A stretch of 64,000 nt of DNA, from contig NIVC01000014.1 in NCBI GenBank assembly GCA_002269645.1, positions 248,001-312,000 of the forward strand, written 5' to 3'. The stretch is from Macrostomum lignano (Eukaryota). Positions 1 through 13,644 of the stretch are shown here, one piece after another (position 1 is the first letter of the stretch; every line of letters begins with the position of its first letter). The translations under genes were made by a program, and so were the position numbers. The notes under the pieces were generated by a model, which did not search any database, was not told where the DNA came from, and saw only the letters and a list, made by a program, of their open reading frames with translations.

Positions 1-2138
1 GCTGATGGAGCCGCTGGTCACCTGATAATAGTTGACAGCTCTGGGAGCCACGAATGAGTAGCTGATCAGCTTTCTGCAGTTTGGGAGGGTGGGGATAGTG
101 ATACTGGGGGACGGCTGCCTCATCATTCAGTAAAAGAACGCTTCACGTATCGCTAGTGTTAGTATACTCCTCATATACTACAATAACTAGGTCGTATAAA
201 TGTCACTCACAAAAATGCGCTCACCGACTGTTTCTTCAGTAGTAAAATTAGCGTCTTTTGCTTTTGCTTTTTGAATCTGTACCCAAATCCAGTGACGCGT
301 ATCCATAAAAATGTGTAGGCCTATGAACAGTTAGGAATCTTGCCGACTTAAGTTATTTAATTAGGTCGTTTTTTCTCCTCATTCCTTCGACAGAGTGGTC
401 ACATCAACAAAAGTTCACTTCATTACATATTAATGTTTCCAAGGACAACTAGTTGTGAATGAAGTCCTTGGGTGTTTCATTAGACGCTTCCACTTAAAAG
501 CTGTTAAAATAGTTCCTGTAGGTAATATCATCATGTATGAATGTAAATATAATTTTGACTATGAATCTGTGAAAATCTGTCTCTAATCAGCATTAGTTTT
601 TTTGCCACAGTAGTCCCCCTCACTAAATCACCAGTCACTTTTCTAATGCTCGTTATAAACGAAACGTTTTTATTGTCGCGGATAAGTTGGCTGGTTCCTA
701 GAAAGTGATCAAACGGAAAGACGGAAAGTGCTCATTACTCACAGCTTAGCGCAGTCTGCGCAGAGAACTTCCATTCTCGTCTAATCTATGTTATGTACGT
801 ATCGTATACCTTACATTGGTAGTACATTATTACTTAAATATACTTCAAGCTTGAGTTAATAATAATGTCAATGATATTCACAGCTCTAACGTCCAATTTA
901 TACATGTTAAAGGCAAGCCATGCAGTAGTTTGTAGTCTAGTCTGTAGACTTTAGTGTAATAAGGATATTAGTCTCTTAAAGTATTGATTAAGTAAATTCT
1001 AGAGCCAGTGAAGATTATTTATTCTAATTTATATACTCATTAAAAATTGTTTTTTATTATTTGTTTTTATTGGTTTTTAATATAGGCTTATAACAAAAAA
1101 TTATATGTTAGCCACCCATTGTCTATTATCTTTATTTGGCTTATGTTTTTCTTAGAAACAATATTCTTATTCTTCAATTCTAGATATATTGTCTTATAAA
1201 CTTGGCTAAAGTTTGAGAAGATATGCTACTAAACTTTTAGTTAGTAGCATTAGTTTGGCATCAAGTCTATTTTTTATTTTATAATTAATATGATTTTTAG
1301 ATAAGTTATGCTTAGGCCTATTTAGTTAAAAATATAGACTTTTTCATTGGCCTATATCACTATCAGAGGTTAGTCTAAGCCAAACAAAGAATTTTGATAA
1401 AGTATTTGTTTAATTTCAAGTAAGAAAAGTTAAAATTATAAAAAATTGTATAAAAATAGATTTGTGTTTATGACTGAATTTTTATTCAAATAACATTTTT
1501 AATTCATATGATTATTTTTTGTCTTTGTTGATCTGATCTCTTTTTAGTAGCCATATTGGCTAGGAAATGAGGTTCTGTCCTATCATATATTAAATCAAAA
1601 AGTGACTAGTAATATGTAGCCAAGTAGCTAAATCGAGTATAATGTGTTTTTCTGTCTATAATAGGGGCAGGCAAGCTTTTTTATATAAGGGCTATATAAA
1701 AAACCTAGTGCATGGCTGGGGACCAGGGAGAATAAGCCTATAAAATAAAGGATATATAGGAGAAAAGGGAAGAAAAGAGGAGAGAGGGGAAATAAGGGAA
1801 GAGGGGAGATTAGGGGAGAAGGGAGAGGAAAGGAAAGATGCACAAAGATTGGAGAGAAAGGAGATGAGTGGAGAGGTAGAAGATTAGAAAAAAGAAAGAC
1901 AGGTGTTTCCAAATTGCTATTGCAAAGTTTCAAAGGACCCAATGGCTGGATAGAGAGGCTTCACAGTATGTGGCCCATGGGATGGAGCTTGCCCACCCTT
2001 TGTCTTATCAGCGCTATTCACACTATCAAACCAAAGAATCCATTCTGTTATTTTTTCAGTTTAAACCCCAGTTTTGTGTTTGCTTTCTAAACGATTCTTA
2101 TTGGTTTCGTTTGTCAATTTAGCAACAAGTTATAAAGT

Positions 2139-5100
2139 ATGTCAGTGCTGAGCAGTAGCACAAGCAGTGACTCCCACTTGGTACCATCTTCTGAGCCATC
2201 TGACGAAGCTCTACTCACCTTGGCTGAGAAGCGCGAAAGCTCAGGTGGTCCTGGGGACGAGTACGAACAGGCCAGGGAGGAGCTGCTCAGGTATCGTCTA
2301 CACGAGCGGCACCGAGATTTCATCGACTATAGCGGCTTGAAAGTGTTCTGCGGCACCTGGAATGTTAATAATCAATTTAGCGAAGCCGAAGATCTCACTA
2401 AGTGGCTGCAGTGCGCAGATTCTGCTCCAGATATCTATGCTTTAGGATTTCAGGTAACTGGGAGCGGGGATTATCGGCTCTAGCTGGGAGCTTAGTTCAA
2501 TACTATAGGATTAGCTGCTTGAGCTGAATAAAACAATGGGTGATTGGTGCAAGCAACGTATAATGAATGTACTTAGAGACTGGACTATAAGCCTTAAAAA
2601 ATCTAGTGGCATGGGGATTAGCAGCTCCTTAATGAATGGATTAGCAGCTCTTTAGTGAATGGATTAGCAGCTTCTTAGTGAATGGATTAGCAGCTCTTGA
2701 GTGAATGGATTAGCAGCTCCTTAGTGAATTGATTAGCAGCTCCTTAGTGAATTGATTAGCAGCTCTTTAGTGAATTGATTAGCGACTCCTTCGTTAGCGG
2801 GGATTAGCAACTAAGACCTTAGTGACTATTTGAATAAAAGTTGCAAATCGATCAGCCAAACGTCACTCCCCCAAAATCCTTAAATCAGGAGCTGGACATG
2901 TCCACTAGAAACTACTTATCAACCTACTGCTCCGAGCGTCAGACGCGCTGGTGCGAGCTGTGCCGAAAAGCATTCGCAAACAGCAAAGATTATAAAGTGC
3001 TGAAAACTGTGAAGCTGTTCTCCACTCTGTTAATGGTTGCGGTTAAGAAAGATCTCATTAGTGAGGTTCGCAATTTGAAGTGCGGCGCTCAGGCCACCGG
3101 TCTGATGGGTTTCATGGCTAACAAAGGCGGCACTGCCGTGCGATTTCAGCTGCATGACACTTTGCTCACCTTTGTCAATTGTCACCTGGCTGCTGGGGAG
3201 GAAAAACTCGAGAGGCGCTATGAAGATTACAAGGTGGGTTCGAATTTGTGTTTTGGTTGGTAATGCAAGGTTATTTAAAGGATTGAAAGCTACACAAGGT
3301 ATCTGGTGTCTGAAATACCTGAGAGGTGCATTAGGGTATCTGGTGTCTGAAATACCTGAGAGGTGCATTAGGGTATCTGGTGTCTGAAATACCTGAGAGG
3401 TGTATTAGGGTATCTAGTGTCTGAAATACCTGAGAGGTGCATTAGGGTATCTGGTGTCTGAAATACCCGAGAGGTACATTAAGGTATCTGGTGTCTGAAA
3501 TACCTAAGAGGTACATTAGGGTATCTGGTGTCTGAAATACCCGAGAGGTGCATTAGGGTATCTGGTGTCTGAAATACCCGAGAGGTACATTAGGGTATCT
3601 GGTGTCTGAAATACCTGAGAGGTGTATTAGGGTATCTGGTGTCTGAAATACCCTAGAGGTGTATTAGGGTATCTGGTGTCTGAAATACCTGAGAGGTGTA
3701 TTAGGGTATCTGGTGTCTGAAATACCTGAGAGGTGTATTAGGGTATCTGGTGTCTGAAATACCTGAGAGGTGCATTAGGGTATCTGGTGTCTGAAATACC
3801 CGAGAGGTACATTAGGGTATCTGGTGTCTGAAATACCAGAGAGGTGTATTAGGGTATCTGGTGTCTGAAATACGCGAGAGGTACATTAGGGTATCTGGTG
3901 TCTGAAATACCCGAGAGGTACATTAGGGTATCTGGTGTCTGAAATACCTGAGAGGTACATTAGGGTATCTTGTGTCTGAAATACCTAAGAGGTACATTAT
4001 GGTATCTGGTGTCTGAAATACCTGAGAGGTGTATTAGGGTATCTGGTGTCTGAAATACCCGAGAGGTGCATTAGGGTATCTGGTGTCTGAAATACCCGAG
4101 AGGTACATTAGGGTATCTGGTGTCTGAAATACCTGAGAGGTGTATTAGGGTATCTGGTGTCTGAAATACCCTAGAGGTGTATTAGGGTATCTGGTGTCTG
4201 AAATACCTGAGAGGTGTATTAGGGTATCTGGTGTCTGAAATACCTGAGAGGTGTATTAGGGTATCTGGTGTCTGAAATACCTGAGAGGTGCATTAGGGTA
4301 TCTGGTGTCTGAAATACCCGAGAGGTACATTAGGGTATCTGGTGTCTGAAATACCAGAGAGGTGTATTAGGGTATCTGGTGTCTGAAATACCCGAGAGGT
4401 ACATTAGGGTATCTGGTGTCTGAAATACCTGAGAGGTACATTAGGGTATCTTGTGTCTGAAATACCTAAGAGGTACATTATGGTATCTGGTGTCTGAAAT
4501 ACCTGAGAGGTGTATTAGGGTATCTGGTGTCTGAAATACCTGAGAGGTACATTAGGGTATCTGGTGTCTGAAATACCTGAGAGGTACATTAGGGTATCTG
4601 GTGTCTGAAATACCTAAGAGGTACATTAGGGTGTCTGGTGTCTGAAATACCTGTCGTTACCTGAATTCAGCTGTCTGAGAATCTCACACCTTATATTTCT
4701 ATTCTCAATGAGTATCTCTCCTCTTACATTTCTGATCTTAATGAAAATCTAACTTTTTAGATTTCCAGTCTCAATGAGAATCTCACCCCTCAGATTTTCA
4801 TATCAAAATTTAATTCTTAACTACACAGAGATAGAAGTTCTGTTTATAAAATATTCTGCAATGTACAATTTGTAATGCTCGCAAAACTGATCAACTGCAC
4901 CATAAATGAGATAGTTTAGACTATCCCTCTGAAGCATATTTAATATGTAAGTCTGCGATGATTACATTATCTACTCAGAGTCTGTACAGGCTAATAAACA
5001 CGAACTTTATAAAGTATTTATAAAGCGATAAATTACATTTTTGTTCTGTCTCTATACGTGCCCCCGTTTGATCAATAGTTGTCTTAATGTGTACAGCAAG

Positions 5101-8100
5101 TTTTATCGTTGACAAAGTTTCCCAAAAATATTTCGCTAGTTTATTTAGCCTGTCTCCAACTGAGCACAACTTTAACTACACACGTGTATGGAAAAGGGCT
5201 CTTGACGGAAACACGCTCTGGGGGGTAGTGAAATTCTACCAAAGTACCAAAGTATGCTCTAAGACAAAGTTACTAATGTTTCCTAAAGTGAATGGCTAAC
5301 ATCGCTCATGGATCTGTGCCATTAAAGTACACACGCTCTTAGATCTGAGCCATTAAAGTACACACGGTCTTAGATCTGTGTCATTAAAGTACTCATGGTC
5401 TTAGATCTGGGCCATTTAAGTACACACGGTCTTAGATCTGTGTCATTTAAGTACACACGGTCTTAGATCTGTGTCATTTAAGTACACACGGTCTTAGATC
5501 TGTGTCATTTAAGTAGACACGCTCTTAGATCTGGGCCATTAAAGTACACACGGTCTTAGATCTGTGTCATTTAAGTACACACGCTCTTAGATCTGTTTCA
5601 TTAAAGTACACACGCTCTTAGATCTGTGTCATTAAAGTACACACGCTCTTAGATCTGTGTTTGGGGTTTGGACCTCATGGCTATGAATGGCACAAAAACC
5701 CACCGGCCAATATTTTTAAGTTTGACAAACTCCTTATGAGTTCGTCAGAATGAAATGTTTATTGAAAAGTTTGCCTTAATCACCTACCACAATGTCAGGA
5801 CATTCTGGTGAAGTTGAAGCTATTCAAAACGCAACCAGGGGACGGTTACTCAACTGGCCAGCAGCAGGGCGAGTCTGGCGAGTTCGAGTTCCTGGCTTCG
5901 GACAGCGAGCACCACGCGATGTTCTGGTTTGGCGATTTAAATTTTCGCCTAGTTAGAATTGAACGCGACGAAGTTGAACGACTGGTTAATCACGGGAAAT
6001 TCGATCGATTATTGGACTTTCACGACGAATTGAATCTGGTTAGACAGTTGAAGAAGAAACCGGAGCCGCAGTGGAGCCGCTATGCTGACATGTTTGAAGG
6101 ATTCCAGGTCAGGTTTGATCGCTTCAAGATAACTCTCTAAGCACTACTTTCATCACTTTATTACTAAGTCTCTAAGTAGATTTTTGTAAAATAGTAAAAC
6201 GGCCCTTTTAAGGACACTAAAAATATACAGTTTAGATTGCGTCAGTAAATCATCGAAAGGTATCTACCTCAATAAATAAAAATAATTTGGCAACTTATAC
6301 CACAGTTAATAACTTCTCATTTGGCAGAAGTCACAGAGTCGCTTCAGAGTTGTTGCAGGTAACACAGGTCAAATTGGAAAGAAGTGGCTCTTTACGAGTC
6401 GTCAAAGGTTTTTTAATATTGTCTGCGACTCTGAAACGACTTTGGAACACTTCTATAGTCTATAGTGACACTAGGACAGTAGAGTCGTGTCTGAGGCGTA
6501 CTAGAATCGCTGAGTTGCGTCTAAAGCGCATCTGCGTCACTATGAATTAGAATCGTATTACGCATTTATAACAACTATTTAGTCTAATTGAGTTAGTAGA
6601 AAGTTAAGCGGCGACTCGTTTTTATGATTCTATAAATCACGTGACTCAAAAGTCGCGCCTCCGTCGCATCACAGTCGTTTAAGTCGTTAGAAAGTCAAAA
6701 GAGTGGCTCCAAAGTTGCTAGAGTTAAATTCGATCGAGAGACTATTTTTAACGGGCCTTTTTAAGGGCAATAACGAGTATTTAGCTACTAATACTACTGA
6801 ATTCTCAGTAGCTTAATTGCATATACGATTTTCCCCTCTTAATACAGAAATAAAAAATTAACTTTCATTAATATTAGCACTTCTATATTAAGTAATCACT
6901 ACAGTATTTGTTTGCAAATGTTTGTTTAAAAGAAATGATCGTGAATACTACTGAATTGTCAGTAGTTTAATAGCACACGTGCTTTTTTACCCGCAAACTA
7001 CAGGAAGAGAAAATTAACTTCAAGCCGTCGTACAAATTCGAAGTTGGCAGCAATCAGTACGCTGTGGAGAAATCGCGAATACCCAGCTGGTGCGATCGGG
7101 TACTGTTCCACTCTGCCTCTGTGCCCTGCAAGGTTATTAAGTATGATTGTTTCCTTAGCAACCAGATGAGCGATCACAAGCCAGTGGCCTGCGTGTTGCA
7201 AGTTGACATTGCCAAGGTGAATCAGGAGCGAAGGCAGAGAGTTTATCGCGAGGTGATTAGGCTGATTGATCAGCTGGAGAATGCTATTTTGCCGCAGTGC
7301 GTGCTAGATCCCGGACATGAGGTAATTGAAAGCTTGATTGCATTCGAAATTCGGTAGATTTGGTCATTAATAGGTAAATTCGTAGTAGGTAGATTAGTAG
7401 GTAGATTCAGTAGATTAAATTAGTAGGTAGATTCAGTCATTAGTGGGTAGATTAGATCATTTGTAAGTAGATTCGGTCATTAGTAGGTAGATTCTGTCAT
7501 TAGTGGGTAGATTCGGTCATTAAGTAGGTAGATTCAGTCATTAGTAGGTAGATTCTGTCATTAGTGGGTAGATTCGGTCATTAGTAGGTAGATTCGGTCA
7601 TTAGTAGGTAGATTCTGTCATTAGTGGGTAGATTCGGTCATTAAGTAGGTAGATTCGGTCATTGGTAGGTAGATTCGGTCATTAGTAGGTAGATTCGGTC
7701 ATTAATTGGTTGATTCGGTCATTAGTAGTTATATTAGGTCGTTGATAGGTAGATTCGGTCTTTCATAGGTAGATTCTGTCATTGATAGATAGATTCGGTT
7801 ATTAATAGGTAGATTCGATCATTAGTTATATAGATTCGGTCATTAGTAGGTGAATTCAATAATTATTAGGTAGATTCGGTCATTAAGTAGGTAGATTCAG
7901 TCATTAGTTGGTAGATTAGATCATTTGTAAGTAGATTCGATCATTAGTAGGTAGATTCGGTCATTAGTAGGTAGATTTCATCATTAGTAGGTAGATTCGA
8001 TCATTAGTAGGTAGATTCGGTCATTAGTAGGTAGATTCGGTCATTAGTAGGTAGATTCGGTCATTGGTAGGTAGATTCGGTCATATATTAGTTAAAGTAT

Positions 8101-11100
8101 GTGAATTTAATCATTAGGGTGTCATCTCTAGTTACTAGTAAGTAGTATATTTGGTCATGATTGATTTGGTTATTAGCTGATAAAAGTCCTTTACTATCTA
8201 GCCGATATGTATCGAAACAACAAATAACCAACTGTAGATAAGCTTCGGCCAGGTGGCTTTCTTCGAAACCTACGAGACCGGCGTGTCCTTGCGCAACACT
8301 GGCCGCGTCCCGGTGCGCTGGCATTTCAACGGCAGCGACGCCTTTGGCGGCGACACTTGCCCGGCTTTTATGCGGCTGACGCCAACCACGTCTAGGATTG
8401 ACGTGGACTCGCAACAGTCAATCAAATTGTCGTTGTCGTTGAAGGACAGGCACATTGCCGAGGCGATGCGCCGGTGGGCCGAGGAGCAGCCTAATCCGGT
8501 GTTCAGACCAGAGGACATCCTTGTTGTGGTGAGTCTGGAATCCTGAGAATCTCATACCAGAATCTCACATCAGGATCTCATACTAGAGTCTTACATTAGA
8601 ATCTCATACTTGAGTCTCATACAAGAATCTCACATCAGGATCTCATACAAGAATCTCACATCAGGATCTCATACAAGAATCTCACACCAGAATCTCGCAT
8701 CAGGATCTCATACAAGAATCTCACATCAGAATCTTACATCAGAATCTCACATCAGAATCTCACATCAGAATCTCACATCAGGATCTCATACCAGAATCTG
8801 ACATCAGGATCTCATACTAGAGTCTTACATTAGAATCTCATACTTAAGTCTCATACAAGAATCTCACATCAGAATCTCATATTAGAGTATCATGCAAGAA
8901 TCTCAGATTAGAATCTCGTATTAGAGTCTCATACAATAATCTCTGTTTAGAATCTCATATTAGAGTCTCATACAAGAATCTCACATCAGAATCTCACATC
9001 AGAATCTCACATCAGGATCTCATACAAGAATCTCACATCAGGATCTCATACAAGAATCTCACATCAGAATCTCACATCAGAATCTCACATCAGGATCTCA
9101 TACAAGAATCTCACATCAGGATCTCATACAAGAATCTCACATCAGGATCTCATACAAGAATCTCACATCAGAATCTCACATCAGGATCTCATACAAGAAT
9201 CTCACATCAGGATCTCATACAAGAATCTCACATCAGAATCTCACATCAGGATCTCATACAAGAATCTCACATCAGGATCTCATACAAGAATCTCACATCA
9301 GGATCTCATACAAGAATCTCACATCAGGATCTCATACAAGAATCTCACATCAGAATCTCACATCAGGATCTCATACAAGAATCTCACATGAGGATCTCAT
9401 ACAAGAATCTCACATCAGAATCTCACATCAGGATCTCATACAAGAATCTCACATTAGAATCTCATATTAGTCTCATACAAGAATCTCACATCAGAATCTC
9501 ACATCAGGATCTCATACAAGAATCTCACATCAGGATCTTATACAAGAATCTCACATCAGAATCTCACATCAGGATCTCATACAAGAATCTCACATTAGAA
9601 TCTCATATTAGTCTCATACAAAAATCTCATCGAATCTATTAAAAAATCCCAGGCGCTGTCACCCCTAACACTGCCTCCCCTCCCTGCAGGTGCTCACTGG
9701 CGGGAAGCACTTCTTCCTCATACCACAGGCGGATCTGGTGCCCACCTGTTTCGGCCTGCCACTCGCCGTTGCCTGCCGACTCGCCCGCCCGGTGTCCCGG
9801 CTCGAACCTGACGACCTTCGAGCGGCCATCCGGCTGGCCTATCGCCGTGGCTCGGCCGCGGCGACTGGCGAAAATCCGGACAAATACGACGACGATGTAG
9901 AGAGCGTTTCGGCCAGTTTCGGACAGTTGCCGGGTGGGTGGATTGGGATTTGTGCGTGGATTGGGATAAATGTGTTGAGGATATCCCATAGGTATAAGTT
10001 GGTAGGGGATATCTCATAGGGTATTATTTGTAGGGATATCCCATAGGGATAAATTTGTAGGAGATATTCCATAGGGATAAATTTGTAGGAGATATTCCAT
10101 AGGGATAAATTTGTAGGAGATATTCCATAGGGATAAATTTGTAGGAGATATTCCATAGGGATAAATTTGTAGGAGATATTCCATAGGGATAAATTTGTAG
10201 GGGATATTCCATAGGGATAAATTTGTAGGAGATATTCCATAGGGATAAATTTGTAGGAGATATTCCATAGGGATAAATTTGTAGGAGATATTCCATAGGG
10301 ATAAATTTGTAGCGGATATTCCATAGGGATAAATTTGTAGGGGATATTCCATAGGGATAAATTTGTAGGGGATATTCCATAGGGATAAATTTGTAGGGGA
10401 TATTCCATAGGGATAAATTTGTAGGGGATATTCCATAGGGATAAATTTGTAGGGGATATTCCATAGGGATAAATTTGTAGGGGATATCCCATAGAGATAA
10501 GTTGGTAGGGATATCCCATAGGGATAAATTTGTAGGGGATATTTTATTGGAATGATTCTAATACTCAGGATAACACAAAGAACATTCAAGGTGCTATGGT
10601 ATCTGTGGATCTTGCGGATAGATATAATTATTCCCCTGGATCAACCTCTTCCCACTCCCGCATACTCAGGCTTCCTAACCGAGCCGCAGCCGCTTCCACG
10701 CGAGGTTGTCCGCCTCATCCGTCACATCCGCCGGCACCACCTGACTACTCAGGACCTGCTCACGGACGTGACCAATACCGAAGAGATTCTGCGCTCCGCT
10801 GAGCTGCTTACATCCACAGATCTGATGGACGAACTGCCGTTAGAGTCCATTGCCGGCAAGTCCTACCTGCAGACTCTGTTTGTCTATTTAGAGTGCCTGC
10901 CGGATTCGTTGTTGCCCGAGCCCGGCTCACCCCTGGCCGCTAATCTGCTCTGCTTGGTACTGGATTTGGCCCAGGTGATTTTTTATCATTTATTTATTCC
11001 TCATCTGATCTCTTTTTTACTCGTTTTTAGACCTTCAGTGCTTGACCCGCCCTATTTCCGCCCCTTCCCTTGCTTGACCCGCCCTATTTCCGCCCCTTCC

Positions 11101-11707
11101 TTTGCTTGACCCGCCCTATTTCCGCCCCTTCCCTTGGTTGACCCGCCCTATTTCCGCCCCCTTCCCTTGGTTGACCCGCCCTATTTCCGCCCCCTTCCCT
11201 TGCTTGACCCGCCCTATTTCCGCCCCCTTCCCTTGCTTGACCCGCCCTATTTCCACCCCCTTCCCTTTCTTGACCCGCCCTATTTCCGCCCCCTTCCCTT
11301 GCTTGACCCGCCCTATTTCCGCCCCTTCCCTTGCTTGACCCTCCCTATTTCCGCCCCCTTCCCTTGCTTGACCCGACCTATTTCCGCCCCTTCCCTTGCT
11401 TGACCCGCCCTATTTCTGCCCCCTGATGAACCTCGGTAGTTATAAAAGCGTCTCATCCGCCCCCGCTCCCTGGCAACCGCAGGAGCTGCTGGCCAACTCC
11501 GACAAGAATGGCGTCCACCGCGACCTGCTGTGCCGCCAGCTGGCCAGGGTTCTCTGCAAAGACCAGCCCGCCGGCTCGGAGCCTCGACAGGAGTCCGAGA
11601 GGCGAATTCTCGACTGCCTCAGCCGCTGCCTGTCAGATCAGCCTAGGGAGCCGAGGTTCCGGCTGCCTGCTGGGGCTCTGGGATCCAGCCAGCCTCTGCC
11701 GCTGTAG
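2139..11707 (+). CDS. OCRL: Inositol polyphosphate 5-phosphatase, OCRL/INPP5B family (5-phosphatase + ASH + RhoGAP-like), 8 exons, ~783 aa
   Basis: Exons 2139-2453, 2889-3233, 5799-6107, 7004-7321, 8238-8528, 9690-9933, 10670-10974, 11483-11707; all introns GT..AG with matching phases. Motifs: GTWNVN, GFQ|ELD across the first junction, GFMANKGG, FVNCHLAA, WFGDLNFR, KPSYKF, PSWCDRVL; ASH-like GKHFFL..PTCFG; RhoGAP-like LPREV..L and FLECLPDSL-like segment. An in-frame TAA lies 6 nt upstream of the ATG. OCRL versus INPP5B is not resolved, and the exon 7 acceptor could instead be at 10622. Confidence 0.93.
2630..2790. repeat. 23-bp minisatellite (gaatggattagcagctccttagt), ~7 copies, OCRL intron 1
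   Basis: ttagcag recurs at 2641, 2664 and onward. Confidence 0.9.
3296..4652. repeat. 37-bp minisatellite (gggtatctggtgtctgaaatacctgagaggtgcatta), ~36 copies, OCRL intron 2
   Basis: Period 37 (atctgg at 3301 and 3338); head-to-tail with no spacers. Confidence 0.97.
5310..5660. repeat. 31-bp minisatellite (tagatctgtgtcattaaagtacacacggtct), ~11 copies, OCRL intron 2
   Basis: gatct at 5311, 5342, 5373 and onward. Confidence 0.93.
7378..8085. repeat. 20-bp minisatellite (ttagtaggtagattcggtca), ~35 copies, OCRL intron 4
   Basis: Direct repeats, e.g. 7561-7600. Confidence 0.93.
8546..9628. repeat. 13-bp-monomer minisatellite with alternating agaatctcacatc / aggatctcataca variants, OCRL intron 5
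   Basis: Direct repeats forming mixed 26/39-bp higher-order units. Confidence 0.93.
9975..10545. repeat. 28-bp minisatellite (ccatagggataaatttgtaggagatatt), ~20 copies, OCRL intron 6
   Basis: ccataggg at 10041, 10069 and onward. Confidence 0.95.
11040..11420. repeat. 32-33-bp C-rich minisatellite (cttgacccgccctatttccgcccccttcccttg), ~11 copies, OCRL intron 7
   Basis: cttgaccc at 11041, 11073 and onward. Confidence 0.95.
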
Positions 11708-11841
11708 GGCCCTCTACTGTGCGTGTATAGTAATGCACTAGCTGTGTCTCTCTGCCCTTTTATTCACTCCATTGTGCTTTGTTAGCGCTGGGCTGTCGAT
11801 ATTCTCAATTCCTCAGGTTATCCATCCTGCCAGGTCCTTGC

Positions 11842-12950
11842 GGGCCAGCCTCTCAGATCCTCAGTTGCTGGGCCAGCCTCCCAGATCCCCAGTTGCTGGG
11901 CCAGCCTCCCAGATCCTCAGTTGCTGGGCCAGCCTCCCAGATCCCCAGTTGCTGGGCCAGCTTCCCAGATCCCCAGTTGCTGGGCCAGCCTCCCAGATCC
12001 TCAGTTGCTGGGCCAGCCTCCCAGATCCCCAGTTGCTGGGCCAGCTTCCCAGATCCCCAGTTGCTGGGCCAGCTTCCCAGATCCTCAGTTGCTGGGCCAG
12101 CCTCCCAGATCCCCAGTTGCTGGGCCAGCTTCCCAGATCCCCAGTTGCTGGGCCAGCTTCCCAGATCCCCAGTTGCTGGGCCAGCTTCCCAGATCCTCAG
12201 TTGCTGGGCCAGCCTCCCAGATCCTCAGTTGCTGGGCCAGCCTCCCAGATCCTCAGTTGCTGTGCCAGCCTCCCAGATCCTCAGTTGCTGGGCCAGCCTC
12301 CCAGATCCTCAGTTGCTGGGCCAGCTTCCCAGATCCTCAGTTGCTATGCCAGCCTCCCAGATCCTCAGTTGCTGTGCCAGCCTCCCAGATCCTCAGTTGC
12401 TGGGCCAGCCTCCCAGATCCTCAGTTGCTGGGCCAGCCTCCCAGATCCTCAGTTGGTGTGCCAGCCTCCCAGATCCTCAGTTTCTGGGCCAGCCTCCCAG
12501 ATCCTCAGTTTCTGGGCCAGCCTCCCAGATCCTCAGTTGCTGGGCCAGCCTCCCAGATCCTCAGTTGCTGGGCCAGCCTCCCAGAGTGTCAGTTGCTGGG
12601 CCAGCCTCCCAGAGTGTCAGTTGCTGGGCCAGCCTCCCAGATCCTCAGTTGCTGGGCCAGCCTAGCTCCCAGATCCCCAGTTGCTGAGCCAGCCTCCCAG
12701 ATCCTCAGTTGCTGGGCCAGCCTCCCAGATCCTCAGTTGCTGGGCCAGCCTCCCAGATCCTCAGTTGCTGGGCCAGCCTCCCAGATCCTCAGTTGCTGGG
12801 CCAGCCTCCCAGATCCTCAGTTGCTGGGCCAGCCTCCCAGATCCTCAGTTGGTGTGCCAGCCTCCCAGATCCTCAGTTGCTGGGCCAGCCTCCCAGATCC
12901 TCAGTTGCTGGGCCAGCCTCCCAGATCCTCAGTTGCTGAGCCAGCCTCCC
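11842..12950. repeat. 28-bp minisatellite (gggccagcctcccagatcctcagttgct), ~39 copies, just 3' of the OCRL stop
   Basis: gggccag at 11842, 11870 and onward; source of several repeat ORFs in the track. Confidence 0.97.
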
Positions 12951-13644
12951 ATTGTCAAAAATCTAGCTTGGATTTGTTTTGGTGATTCAATGTCTCTTCC
13001 TCCTGGGTTTTATCCATCATTCCTATCTATTCAGTTTCCATGTGCCAGCTGTGAGCAACTACTACTACTACTTTCCAGTTGTAAGTAAGCAGTTGCGCTT
13101 GAATATTGAATCGCAGATGAATCTGTTTGAAATCGAACACTTCTTCAGTCGTGAACATTAGCAGGTGTTTAGAATGATACCTTGTTTCAGTGAACTCGTT
13201 TTGGCCTAATCAATATTAGAACCAATTTTTCTATGCTTATATTTGTATATTTTAATTGATAAACATTCTCTATTACAACTGTAGGTGTAAGCAGGGTTAA
13301 TTAGTAGGTTTCTTACTTTTGAAAAATTACTCGAAAATAATCTGGTCTCGCTATAACTAATAAGCTATGGGCTTTGTATGTTGTGAATGATCTGAAAAGT
13401 ATTTTTACGAGCAAGCTTTGTTTGTACACACACACAAAAATGGTATATAGATATACTTTATCTTTATATGAAGACATATTAATTAAAGCTAACTCTGCTT
13501 TAGATATCGTAGTATAAAGCTGCCTTATGACATTTTTTCATTTAAGTTTCTAAAGTTTCTAAAGCTGAAGTTTCTACTTTATGCTCCGTAGTTTCACGCT
13601 CCAGCACTCAACAACTTTGATATGAACCTACGCACACTACCCAC

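Noticed and set aside
1-140. Possible minus-strand exon running off the window (LNDEAAVPSITIPTLPNCRKLISYSF..)
   Set aside because: About 46 codons, a weak acceptor and no recognisable motif; it cannot be supported.
1628-1942. 104-aa minus-strand ORF
   Set aside because: Low-complexity translation of a GA-rich tract.
3296-4652. CRISPR-like array (37-bp unit with ggtat..atacc palindromic arms)
   Set aside because: Units are head-to-tail with no unique spacers, lie in a spliceosomal intron, and there are no cas genes.
6636-6648. CLEAR/TFEB-like TCACGTGA site in OCRL intron 3
   Set aside because: The same 8-mer occurs at several unrelated places (~36899, ~39914, ~52093), so it is not specific.
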